Assembly (NCBI GenBank): GCA_014905635.1
Contig: JABVCE010000032.1
Span: 310,001-330,915, forward strand
DNA length: 20,915 bases
Direction of reading: 5' to 3'
From: Scenedesmus sp. PABB004
Lineage: Eukaryota
Shown here: piece by piece, positions 1 through 12,100 of the stretch
Position numbering within the stretch: position 1 is the stretch's first letter
Layout of the letters: the number at the start of each line of letters is the position of its first letter
The notes under the pieces: model-generated
Told to the model about the DNA's origin: nothing
Database searches by the model: none
The model's input: the letters and a program-made list of their open reading frames with translations, nothing else
Program-made: the position numbers and the translations under genes

Positions 1-73
1 CCCACACTCTCTCTCTGACCTGCCCCCGTCCGTGTGCTTGATGCCGCCCGCCCACAACGCGCGTGCGGTGCAG

Positions 74-166
74 GTGGCAAACGAGGGTGCCTGCACCACC
101 GACACTGCCTGCGGGAGCGGCCTGTGCGCAGACACCAACAACGACAACACCAAGGACACCTGCAAG
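74..166 (+). CDS. Representative internal exon (unit 1), 93 bp, phase 0-0: VANEGACTTDTACGSGLCADTNNDNTKDTCK
   Basis: Preceded by TGCAG (69-73) and followed by GTTGGT (167-172). Length is divisible by 3. Cys spacing C-x5-C-x4-C-x11-C. Confidence 0.8.
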
Positions 167-3100
167 GTTGGTTGCGTGCGCATGCGCGGTAGCAGCGCTG
201 CGTGCACTTGTCGCACGTGCCGCACCGCAAGCGAGCAGCGACAGCTGGCATCCAACACTGCCACCAACACCTCCTCACCCACACTCTCTCTCTTCCTGAC
301 CTGCCCCCGTCCGTGCGCTCGACACCGTCGCCCACAACGCGCGTGCGGTGCAGGTGGCAAACGGGGGTGCCTGCACCACCGACACTGCCTGCGAGAGCGG
401 CCTGTGCGCAGACACCAACAACGACAACACCAAGGACACCTGCAAGGTTGGTTGCGTGCGCGTGCGCGGTAGCAGCGCTGCGTGCACTTGTCGCACGTGC
501 CGCACCGCAAGCGAGCAGCGACAGCTGGCATCCAACACTGCCACCAACACCTCCTCACCCACACTCTCTCTCTTCCTGACCTGCCCCCGTCCGTGCGCTC
601 GACACCGTCGCCCACAACGCGCGTGCGGTGCAGGTGGCAAACGGGGGTGCCTGCACCACCGACACTGCCTGCGAGAGCGGCCTGTGCGCAGACACCAACA
701 ACGACAACACCAAGGACACCTGCAAGGTTGGTTGCGTGCGCGTGCGCGGTAGCAGCGCTGCGTGCACTTGTCGCACGTGCCGCACCGCAAGCGAGCAGCG
801 ACAGCTGGCATCCAACACCGCCACCAACACCTCCTCACCCACACTCTCTCTCTTCCTGACCTGCCCCCGTCCGTGCGCTCGACACCGTCGCCCACAACGC
901 GCGTGCGGTGCAGGTGGCAAACGGGGGTGCCTGCACCACCGACACTGCCTGCGGGAGCGGCCTGTGCGCAGACACCAACAACGACAACACCAAGGACACC
1001 TGCAAGGTTGGTTGCGTGCGCGTGCGCGGTAGCAGCGCTGCGTGCACTTGTCGCACGTGCCGCACCGCAAGCGAGCAGTGAGAGCTGGCATCCAACACCG
1101 CTACCACCACCACCACCTCGCCCACACTCTCTCTCTTCCTGACCTGCCCCCGTCCGTGCGCTCGATGCCGCCCGCCCACAACGCGCGTGCGGTGCAGGTG
1201 GCAAACGGGGGTGCCTGCACCACCGACACTGCCTGCGGGAGCGGCCTGTGCGCAGACACCAACAACGACAACACCAAGGACACCTGCAAGGTTGGTTGCG
1301 TGCGCGTGCGCGGTAGCAGCGCTGCGTGCACTTGTCGCACGTGCCACACCGCAAGCGAGCAGCGACAGCTGGCATCCAACACTGCCACCAACACCTCCTC
1401 ACCCACACTCTCTCTCTTCCTGACCTGCCCCCGTCCGTGCGCTCGACACCGTCGCCCACAACGCGCGTGCGGTGCAGGTGGCAAACGGGGGTGCCTGCAC
1501 CACCGACACTGCCTGCGAGAGCGGCCTGTGCGCAGACACCAACAACGACAACACCAAGGACACCTGCAAGGTTGGTTGCGTGCGCGTGCGCGGTAGCAGC
1601 GCTGCGTGCACTTGTCGCACGTGCCGCACCGCAAGCGAGCAGCGACAGCTGGCATCCAACACCGCCACCAACACCTCCTCACCCACACTCTCTCTCTTCC
1701 TGACCTGCCCCCGTCCGTGCGCTCGATGCCGCCCGCCCACAACGCGCGTGCGGTGCAGGTGGCAAACGGGGGTGCCTGCACCACCGACACTGCCTGCGAG
1801 AGCGGCCTGTGCGCAGACACCAACAACGACAACACCAAGGACACCTGCAAGGTTGGTTGCGTGCGCGTGCGCGGTAGCAGCGCTGCGTGCACTTGTCGCA
1901 CGTGCCGCACCGCAAGCGAGCAGCGACAGCTGGCATCCAACACTGCCACCAACACCTCCTCACCCACACTCTCTCTCTTCCTGACCTGCCCCCGTCCGTG
2001 CGCTTCCCCACAACGCGCGTGCGGTGCAGGTGGCAAACGGGGGTGCCTGCACCACCGACACTGCCTGCGGGAGCGGCCTGTGCGCAGACACCAACAACGA
2101 CAACACCAAGGACACCTGCAAGGTTGGTTGCGTGCGCGTGCGCGGTAGCAGCGCTGCGTGCACTTGTCGCACGTGCCGCACCGCAAGCGAGCAGCAACAG
2201 CTGGCATCCAACACTGCCACCAACACCTCCTCACCCACACTCTCTCTCTTCCTGACCTGCCCCCGTCCGTGCGCTCGACACCGTCGCCCACAACGCGCGT
2301 GCGGTGCAGGTGGCAAACGGGGGTGCCTGCACCACCGACACTGCCTGCGGGAGCGGCCTGTGCGCAGACACCAACAACGACAACACCAAGGACACCTGCA
2401 AGGTTGGTTGCGTGCGCGTGCGCGGTAGCAGCGCTGCGTGCACTTGTCGCACGTGCCGCACCGCAAGCGAGCAGCGACAGCTGGCATCCAACACTGCCAC
2501 CAACACCTCCTCACCCACACTCTCTCACTGACCTGCCCCCGTCCGTGTGCTTGATGCCGCCCGCCCACAACGCGCGTGCGGTGCAGGTGGCAAACGGGGG
2601 TGCCTGCACCACCGACACTGCCTGCGGGAGCGGCCTGTGCGCAGACACCAACAACGACAACACCAAGGACACCTGCAAGGTTGGTTGCGTGCGCGTGCGC
2701 GGTAGCAGCGCTGCGTGCACTTGTCGCACGTGCCGCACCGCAAGCGAGCAGCAACAGCTGGCATCCAACACTGCCACCAACACCTCCTCACCCACACTCT
2801 CTCTCTTCCTGACCTGCCCCCGTCCGTGCGCTCGACACCGTCGCCCACAACGCGCGTGCGGTGCAGGTGGCAAACGGGGGTGCCTGCACCACCGACACTG
2901 CCTGCGAGAGCGGCCTGTGCGCAGACACCAACAACGACAACACCAAGGACACCTGCAAGGTTGGTTGCGTGCGCGTGCGCGGTAGCAGCGCTGCGTGCAC
3001 TTGTCGCACGTGCCGCACCGCAAGCGAGCAGCGACAGCTGGCATCCAACACTGCCACCAACACCTCCTCACCCACACTCTCTCTCTTCCTGACCTGCCCC

Positions 3101-6100
3101 CGTCCGTGCGCTCGACACCGCCCGCCCACAACGCGCGTGCGGTGCAGGTGGCAAACGGGGGTGCCTGCACCACCGACACTGCCTGCGGGAGCGGCCTGTG
3201 CGCAGACACCAACAACGACAACACCAAGGACACCTGCAAGGTTGGTTGCGTGCGCGTGCGCGGTAGCAGCGCTGCGTGCACTTGTCGCACGTGCCACACC
3301 GCAAGCGAGCAGCGACAGCTGGCATCCAACACTGCCACCAACACCTCCTCACCCACACTCTCTCTCTCCCTGACCTGCCCCCGTCCGTGCGCTCGACACC
3401 GCCCGCCCACAACGCGCGTGCGGTGCAGGTGGCAAACGGGGGTGCCTGCACCACCGACACTGCCTGCGGGAGCGGCCTGTGCGCAGACACCAACAACGAC
3501 AACACCAAGGACACCTGCAAGGTTGGTTGCGTGCGCGTGCGCGGTAGCAGCGCTGCGTGCACTTGTCGCACGTGCCGCACCGCAAGCGAGCAGCGACAGC
3601 TGGCATCCAACACTGCCACCAACACTTCCTCACCCACACTCTCTCTCTTCCTGACCTGCCCCCGTCCGTGCGCTCGATGCCGCCCGCCCACAACGCGCGT
3701 GCGGTGCAGGTGGCAAACGAGGGTGCCTGCACCACCGACACTGCCTGCGGGAGCGGCCTGTGCGCAGACACCAACAACGACAACACCAAGGACACCTGCA
3801 AGGTTGGTTGCGTGCGCGTGCGCGGTAGCAGCGCTGCGTGCACTTGTCGCACGTGCCGCACCGCAAGCGAGCAGCGACAGCTGGCATCCAACACTGCCAC
3901 CAACACCTCCTCACCCACACTCTCTCTCTTCCTGACCTGCCCCCGTCCGTGCGCTCGACACCGCCCGCCCACAACGCGCGTGCGGTGCAGGTGGCAAACG
4001 GGGGTGCCTGCACCACCGACACTGCCTGCGGGAGCGGCCTGTGCGCAGACACCAACAACGACAACACCAAGGACACCTGCAAGGTTGGTTGCGTGCGCGT
4101 GCGCGGTAGCAGCGCTGCGTGCACTTGTCGCACGTGCCGCACCGCAAGCGAGCAGCGACAGCTGGCATCCAACACTGCCACCAACACCTCCTCACCCACA
4201 CTCTCTCTCTTCCTGACCTGCCCCCGTCCGTGCGCTCGACACCGCCCGCCCACAACGCGCGTGCGGTGCAGGTGGCAAACGGGGGTGCCTGCACCACCGA
4301 CACTGCCTGCGGGAGCGGCCTGTGCGCAGACACCAACAACGACAACACCAAGGACACCTGCAAGGTTGGTTGCGTGCGCGTGCGCGGTAGCAGCGCTGCG
4401 TGCACTTGTCGCACGTGCCGCACCGCAAGCGAGCAGCGACAGCTGGCATCCAACACTGCCACCAACACCTCCTCACCCACACTCTCTCTCTTCCTGACCT
4501 GCCCCCGTCCGTGCGCTCGACACCGCCCGCCCACAACGCGCGTGCGGTGCAGGTGGCAAACGGGGGTGCCTGCACCACCGACACTGCCTGCGGGAGCGGC
4601 CTGTGCGCAGACACCAACAACGACAACACCAAGGACACCTGCAAGGTTGGTTGCGTGCGCGTGCGCGGTAGCAGCGCTGCGTGCACTTGTCGCACGTGCC
4701 GCACCGCAAGCGAGCAGCGACAGCTGGCATCCAACACTGCCACCAACACCTCCTCACCCACACTCTCTCTCTTCCTGACCTGCCCCCGTCCGTGCGCTCG
4801 ATGCCGCCCGCCCACAACGCGCGTGCGGTGCAGGTGGCAAACGGGGGTGCCTGCACCACCGACACTGCCTGCGGGAGCGGCCTGTGCGCAGACACCAACA
4901 ACGACAACACCAAGGACACCTGCAAGGTTGGTTGCGTGCGCGTGCGCGGTAGCAGCGCTGCGTGCACTTGTCGCACGTGCCGCACCGCAAGCGAGCAGCG
5001 ACAGCTGGCATCCAACACTGCCACCAACACCTCCTCACCCACACTCTCTCTCTTCCTGACCTGCCCCCGTCCGTGCGCTCGACACCGCCCGCCCACAACG
5101 CGCGTGCGGTGCAGGTGGCAAACGGGGGTGCCTGCACCACCGACACTGCCTGCGGGAGCGGCCTGTGCGCAGACACCAACAACGACAACACCAAGGACAC
5201 CTGCAAGGTTGGTTGCGTGCGCGTGCGCGGTAGCAGCGCTGCGTGCACTTGTCGCACGTGCCGCACCGCAAGCGAGCAGCGACAGCTGGCATCCAACACT
5301 GCCACCAACACCTCCTCACCCACACTCTCTCTCTTCCTGACCTGCCCCCGTCCGTGCGCTCGACACCGCCCGCCCACAACGCGCGTGCGGTGCAGGTGGC
5401 AAACGGGGGTGCCTGCACCACCGACACTGCCTGCGGGAGCGGCCTGTGCGCAGACACCAACAACGACAACACCAAGGACACCTGCAAGGTTGGTTGCGTG
5501 CGCGTGCGCGGTAGCAGCGCTGCGTGCACTTGTCGCACGTGCCGCACCGCAAGCGAGCAGCGACAGCTGGCATCCAACACTGCCACCAACACCTCCTCAC
5601 CCACACTCTCTCTCTTCCTGACCTGCCCCCGTCCGTGCGCTCGATGCCGCCCGCCCACAACGCGCGTGCGGTGCAGGTGGCAAACGGGGGTGCCTGCACC
5701 ACCGACACTGCCTGCGGGAGCGGCCTGTGCGCAGACACCAACAACGACAACACCAAGGACACCTGCAAGGTTGGTTGCGTGCGCGTGCGCGGTAGCAGCG
5801 CTGCGTGCACTTGTCGCACGTGCCGCACCGCAAGCGAGCAGCGACAGCTGGCATCCAACACTGCCACCAACACCTCCTCACCCACACTCTCTCTCTTCCT
5901 GACCTGCCCCCGTCCGTGCGCTCGACACCGCCCGCCCACAACGCGCGTGCGGTGCAGGTGGCAAACGGGGGTGCCTGCACCACCGACACTGCCTGCGAGA
6001 GCGGCCTGTGCGCAGACACCAACAACGACAACACCAAGGACACCTGCAAGGTTGGTTGCGTGCGCGTGCGCGGTAGCAGCGCTGCGTGCACTTGTCGCAC

Positions 6101-9100
6101 GTGCCGCACCGCAAGCGAGCAGCGACAGCTGGCATCCAACACTGCCACCAACACCTCCTCACCCACACTCTCTCTCTTCCTGACCTGCCCCCGTCCGTGC
6201 GCTCGATGCCGCCCGCCCACAACGCGCGTGCGGTGCAGGTGGCAAACGGGGGTGCCTGCACCACCGACACTGCCTGCGGGAGCGGCCTGTGCGCAGACAC
6301 CAACAACGACAACACCAAGGACACCTGCAAGGTTGGTTGCGTGCGCGTGCGCGGTAGCAGCGCTGCGTGCACTTGTCGCACGTGCCGCACCGCAAGCGAG
6401 CAGCGACAGCTGGCATCCAACACTGCCACCAACACCTCCTCACCCACACTCTCTCTCTTCCTGACCTGCCCCCGTCCGTGCGCTCGACACCGCCCGCCCA
6501 CAACGCGCGTGCGGTGCAGGTGGCAAACGAGGGTGCCTGCACCACCGACACTGCCTGCGGGAGCGGCCTGTGCGCAGACACCAACAACGACAACACCAAG
6601 GACACCTGCAAGGTTGGTTGCGTGCGCGTGCGCGGTAGCAGCGCTGCGTGCACTTGTCGCACGTGCCGCACCGCAAGCGAGCAGCGACAGCTGGCATCCA
6701 ACACTGCCACCAACACCTCCTCACCCACACTCTCTCTCTCCCTGACCTGCCCCCGTCCGTGCGCTCGCTTCCCCACAACGCGCGTGCGGTGCAGGTGGCA
6801 AACGGGGGTGCCTGCACCACCGACACTGCCTGCGGGAGCGGCCTGTGCGCAGACACCAACAACGACAACACCAAGGACACCTGCAAGGTTGGTTGCGTGC
6901 GCGTGCGCGGTAGCAGCGCTGCGTGCACTTGTCGCACGTGCCGCACCGCAAGCGAGCAGCGACAGCTGGCATCCAACACTGCCACCAACACCTCCTCACC
7001 CACACTCTCTCTCTTCCTGACCTGCCCCCGTCCGTGCGCTCGATGCCGCCCGCCCACAACGCGCGTGCGGTGCAGGTGGCAAACGGGGGTGCCTGCACCA
7101 CCGACACTGCCTGCGGGAGCGGCCTGTGCGCAGACACCAACAACGACAACACCAAGGACACCTGCAAGGTTGGTTGCGTGCGCGTGCGCGGTAGCAGCGC
7201 TGCGTGCACTTGTCGCACGTGCCGCACCGCAAGCGAGCAGCGACAGCTGGCATCCAACACTGCCACCAACACCTCCTCACCCACACTCTCTCTCTTCCTG
7301 ACCTGCCCCCGTCCGTGCGCTCGACACCGCCCGCCCACAACGCGCGTGCGGTGCAGGTGGCAAACGGGGGTGCCTGCACCACCGACACTGCCTGCGGGAG
7401 CGGCCTGTGCGCAGACACCAACAACGACAACACCAAGGACACCTGCAAGGTTGGTTGCGTGCGCGTGCGCGGTAGCAGCGCTGCGTGCACTTGTCGCACG
7501 TGCCGCACCGCAAGCGAGCAGCGACAGCTGGCATCCAACACTGCCACCAACACCTCCTCACCCACACTCTCTCTCTTCCTGACCTGCCCCCGTCCGTGCG
7601 CTCGACACCGCCCGCCCACAACGCGCGTGCGGTGCAGGTGGCAAACGAGGGTGCCTGCACCACCGACACTGCCTGCGGGAGCGGCCTGTGCGCAGACACC
7701 AACAACGACAACACCAAGGACACCTGCAAGGTTGGTTGCGTGCGCGTGCGCGGTAGCAGCGCTGCGTGCACTTGTCGCACGTGCCGCACCGCAAGCGAGC
7801 AGCGACAGCTGGCATCCAACACTGCCACCAACACCTCCTCACCCACACTCTCTCTCTTCCTGACCTGCCCCCGTCCGTGCGCTCGACACCGCCCGCCCAC
7901 AACGCGCGTGCGGTGCAGGTGGCAAACGGGGTGCCTGCACCACCGACACTGCCTGCGGGAGCGGCCTGTGCGCAGACACCAACAACGACAACACCAAGGA
8001 CACCTGCAAGGTTGGTTGCGTGCGCGTGCGCGGTAGCAGCGCTGCGTGCACTTGTCGCACGTGCCGCACCGCAAGCGAGCAGCGACAGCTGGCATCCAAC
8101 ACTGCCACCAACACCTCCTCACCCACACTCTCTCTCTCCCTGACCTGCCCCCGTCCGTGCGCTTCCCCACAACGCGCGTGCGGTGCAGGTGGCAAACGAG
8201 GGTGCCTGCACCACCGACACTGCCTGCGGGAGCGGCCTGTGCGCAGACACCAACAACGACAACACCAAGGACACCTGCAAGGTTGGTTGCGTGCGCGTGC
8301 GCGGTAGCAGCGCTGCGTGCACTTGTCGCACGTGCCGCACCGCAAGCGAGCAGCGACAGCTGGCATCCAACACTGCCACCAACACCTCCTCACCCACACT
8401 CTCTCTCTTCCTGACCTGCCCCCGTCCGTGCGCTCGATGCCGCCCGCCCACAACGCGCGTGCGGTGCAGGTGGCAAACGGGGGTGCCTGCACCACCGACA
8501 CTGCCTGCGGGAGCGGCCTGTGCGCAGACACCAACAACGACAACACCAAGGACACCTGCAAGGTTGGTTGCGTGCGCGTGCGCGGTAGCAGCGCTGCGTG
8601 CACTTGTCGCACGTGCCGCACCGCAAGCGAGCAGCGACAGCTGGCATCCAACACTGCCACCAACACCTCCTCACCCACACTCTCTCTCTCCCTGACCTGC
8701 CCCCGTCCGTGCGCTCGACACCGCCCGCCCACAACGCGCGTGCGGTGCAGGTGGCAAACGAGGGTGCCTGCACCACCGACACTGCCTGCGGGAGCGGCCT
8801 GTGCGCAGACACCAACAACGACAACACCAAGGACACCTGCAAGGTTGGTTGCGTGCGCGTGCGCGGTAGCAGCGCTGCGTGCACTTGTCGCACGTGCCGC
8901 ACCGCAAGCGAGCAGCGACAGCTGGCATCCAACACTGCCACCAACACCTCCTCACCCACACTCTCTCTCTTCCTGACCTGCCCCCGTCCGTGCGCTCGAT
9001 GCCGCCCGCCCACAACGCGCGTGCGGTGCAGGTGGCAAACGAGGGTGCCTGCACCACCGACACTGCCTGCGGGAGCGGCCTGTGCGCAGACACCAACAAC

Positions 9101-12100
9101 GACAACACCAAGGACACCTGCAAGGTTGGTTGCGTGCGCGTGCGCGGTAGCAGCGCTGCGTGCACTTGTCGCACGTGCCGCACCGCAAGCGAGCAGCGAC
9201 AGCTGGCATCCAACACTGCCACCAACACCTCCTCACCCACACTCTCTCTCTCCCTGACCTGCCCCCGTCCGTGCGCTCGACACCGCCCGCCCACAACGCG
9301 CGTGCGGTGCAGGTGGCAAACGAGGGTGCCTGCACCACCGACACTGCCTGCGGGAGCGGCCTGTGCGCAGACACCAACAACGACAACACCAAGGACACCT
9401 GCAAGGTTGGTTGCGTGCGCGTGCGCGGTAGCAGCGCTGCGTGCACTTGTCGCACGTGCCGCACCGCAAGCGAGCAGCGACAGCTGGCATCCAACACTGC
9501 CACCAACACCTCCTCACCCACACTCTCTCTCTCCCTGACCTGCCCCCGTCCGTGCGCTTCCCCACAACGCGCGTGCGGTGCAGGTGGCAAACGGGGGTGC
9601 CTGCACCACCGACACTGCCTGCGAGAGCGGCCTGTGCGCAGACACCAACAACGACAACACCAAGGACACCTGCAAGGTTGGTTGCGTGCGCGTGCGCGGT
9701 AGCAGCGCTGCGTGCACTTGTCGCACGTGCCGCACCGCAAGCGAGCAGCGACAGCTGGCATCCAACACCGCCACCAACACCTCCTCACCCACACTCTCTC
9801 TCTTCCTGACCTGCCCCCGTCCGTGCGCTCGATGCCGCCCGCCCACAACGCGCGTGCGGTGCAGGTGGCAAACGGGGGTGCCTGCACCACCGACACTGCC
9901 TGCGGGAGCGGCCTGTGCGCAGACACCAACAACGACAACACCAAGGACACCTGCAAGGTTGGTTGCGTGCGCGTGCGCGGTAGCAGCGCTGCGTGCACTT
10001 GTCGCACGTGCCGCACCGCAAGCGAGCAGCGACAGCTGGCATCCAACACTGCCACCAACACCTCCTCACCCACACTCTCTCTCTTCCTGACCTGCCCCCG
10101 TCCGTGCGCTCGACACCGTCGCCCACAACGCGCGTGCGGTGCAGGTGGCAAACGGGGGTGCCTGCACCACCGACACTGCCTGCGAGAGCGGCCTGTGCGC
10201 AGACACCAACAACGACAACACCAAGGACACCTGCAAGGTTGGTTGCGTGCGCGTGCGCGGTAGCAGCGCTGCGTGCACTTGTCGCACGTGCCGCACCGCA
10301 AGCGAGCAGCGACAGCTGGCATCCAACACTGCCACCAACACCTCCTCACCCACACTCTCTCTCTTCCTGACCTGCCCCCGTCCGTGCGCTCGACACCGCC
10401 GCCCACAACGCGCGTGCGGTGCAGGTGGCAAACGGGGGTGCCTGCACCACCGACACTGCCTGCGAGAGCGGCCTGTGCGCAGACACCAACAACGACAACA
10501 CCAAGGACACCTGCAAGGTTGGTTGCGTGCGCGTGCGCGGTAGCAGCGCTGCGTGCACTTGTCGCACATACCGCACCGCAAGCGAGCAGCGACAGCTGGC
10601 ATCCAACACCGCCACCAACACCTCCTCACCCACACTCTCTCTCTTCCTGACCTGCCCCCGTCCGTGCGCTCGATGCCGCCCGCCCACAACGCGCGTGCGG
10701 TGCAGGTGGCAAACGGGGGTGCCTGCACCACCGACACTGCCTGCGGGAGCGGCCTGTGCGCAGACACCAACAACGACAACACCAAGGACACCTGCAAGGT
10801 TGGTTGCGTGCGCGTGCGCGGTAGCAGCGCTGCGTGCACTTGTCGCACGTGCCGCACCGCAAGCGAGCAGCGACAGCTGGCATCCAACACTGCCACCAAC
10901 ACCTCCTCACCCACACTCTCTCTCTTCCTGACCTGCCCCCGTCCGTGCGCTCGACACCGTCGCCCACAACGCGCGTGCGGTGCAGGTGGCAAACGGGGGT
11001 GCCTGCACCACCGACACTGCCTGCGAGAGCGGCCTGTGCGCAGACACCAACAACGACAACACCAAGGACACCTGCAAGGTTGGTTGCGTGCGCGTGCGCG
11101 GTAGCAGCGCTGCGTGCACTTGTCGCACGTGCCGCACCGCAAGCGAGCAGCGACAGCTGGCATCCAACACTGCCACCAACACCTCCTCACCCACACTCTC
11201 TCTCTTCCTGACCTGCCCCCGTCCGTGCGCTCGACACCGTCGCCCACAACGCGCGTGCGGTGCAGGTGGCAAACGGGGGTGCCTGCACCACCGACACTGC
11301 CTGCGAGAGCGGCCTGTGCGCAGACACCAACAACGACAACACCAAGGACACCTGCAAGGTTGGTTGCGTGCGCGTGCGCGGTAGCAGCGCTGCGTGCACT
11401 TGTCGCACATACCGCACCGCAAGCGAGCAGCAACAGCTGGCATCCAACACTGCCACCAACACCTCCTCACCCACACTCTCTCTCTTCCTGACCTGCCCCC
11501 GTCCGTGCGCTCGACACCGCCCGCCCACAACGCGCGTGCGGTGCAGGTGGCAAACGGGGGTGCCTGCACCACCGACACTGCCTGCGGGAGCGGCCTGTGC
11601 GCAGACACCAACAACGACAACACCAAGGACACCTGCAAGGTTGGTTGCGTGCGCGTGCGCGGTAGCAGCGCTGCGTGCACTTGTCGCACGTGCCACACCG
11701 CAAGCGAGCAGCGACAGCTGGCATCCAACACTGCCACCAACACTTCCTCACCCACACTCTCTCTCTTCCTGACCTGCCCCCGTCCGTGCGCTCGATGCCG
11801 CTCGCCCACAACGCGCGTGCGGTGCAGGTGGCAAACGAGGGTGCCTGCACCACCGACACTGCCTGCGGGAGCGGCCTGTGCGCAGACACCAACAACGACA
11901 ACACCAAGGACACCTGCAAGGTTGGTTGCGTTCGCGTGCGCGGTAGCAGCGCTGCGTGCACTTGTCGCACGTGCCGCACCGCAAGCGAGCAGCGACAGCT
12001 GGCATCCAACACTGCCACCAACACTTCCTCACCCACACTCTCTCTCTTCCTGACCTGCCCCCGTCCGTGCGCTCGATGCCGCCCGCCCACAACGCGCGTG

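Noticed and set aside
76..166. Alternative exon frame GKRGCLHHRHCLRERPVRRHQQRQHQGHLQG, in which both recurrent G/A variants are silent (CGG/CGA) and which would stop at 20675
   Set aside because: The Cys frame has 27/31 G/C third positions, a recognisable disulfide motif, phase-0 junctions and a stop exactly at the repeat end. This alternative is disfavoured but not formally excluded without the 5' exons.
176..195. Acceptor-like GCGCGGTAGCAG near the intron 5' end
   Set aside because: Under 30 nt from the donor with no branch site upstream, so it is unlikely to be usable.
222..351. 8-bp inverted match GCACCGCA (222-229) / TGCGGTGC (344-351) as an intron hairpin or terminal inverted repeat
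   Set aside because: Short, not terminal at the 5' side, and expected by chance in low-complexity GC/GT-rich sequence.
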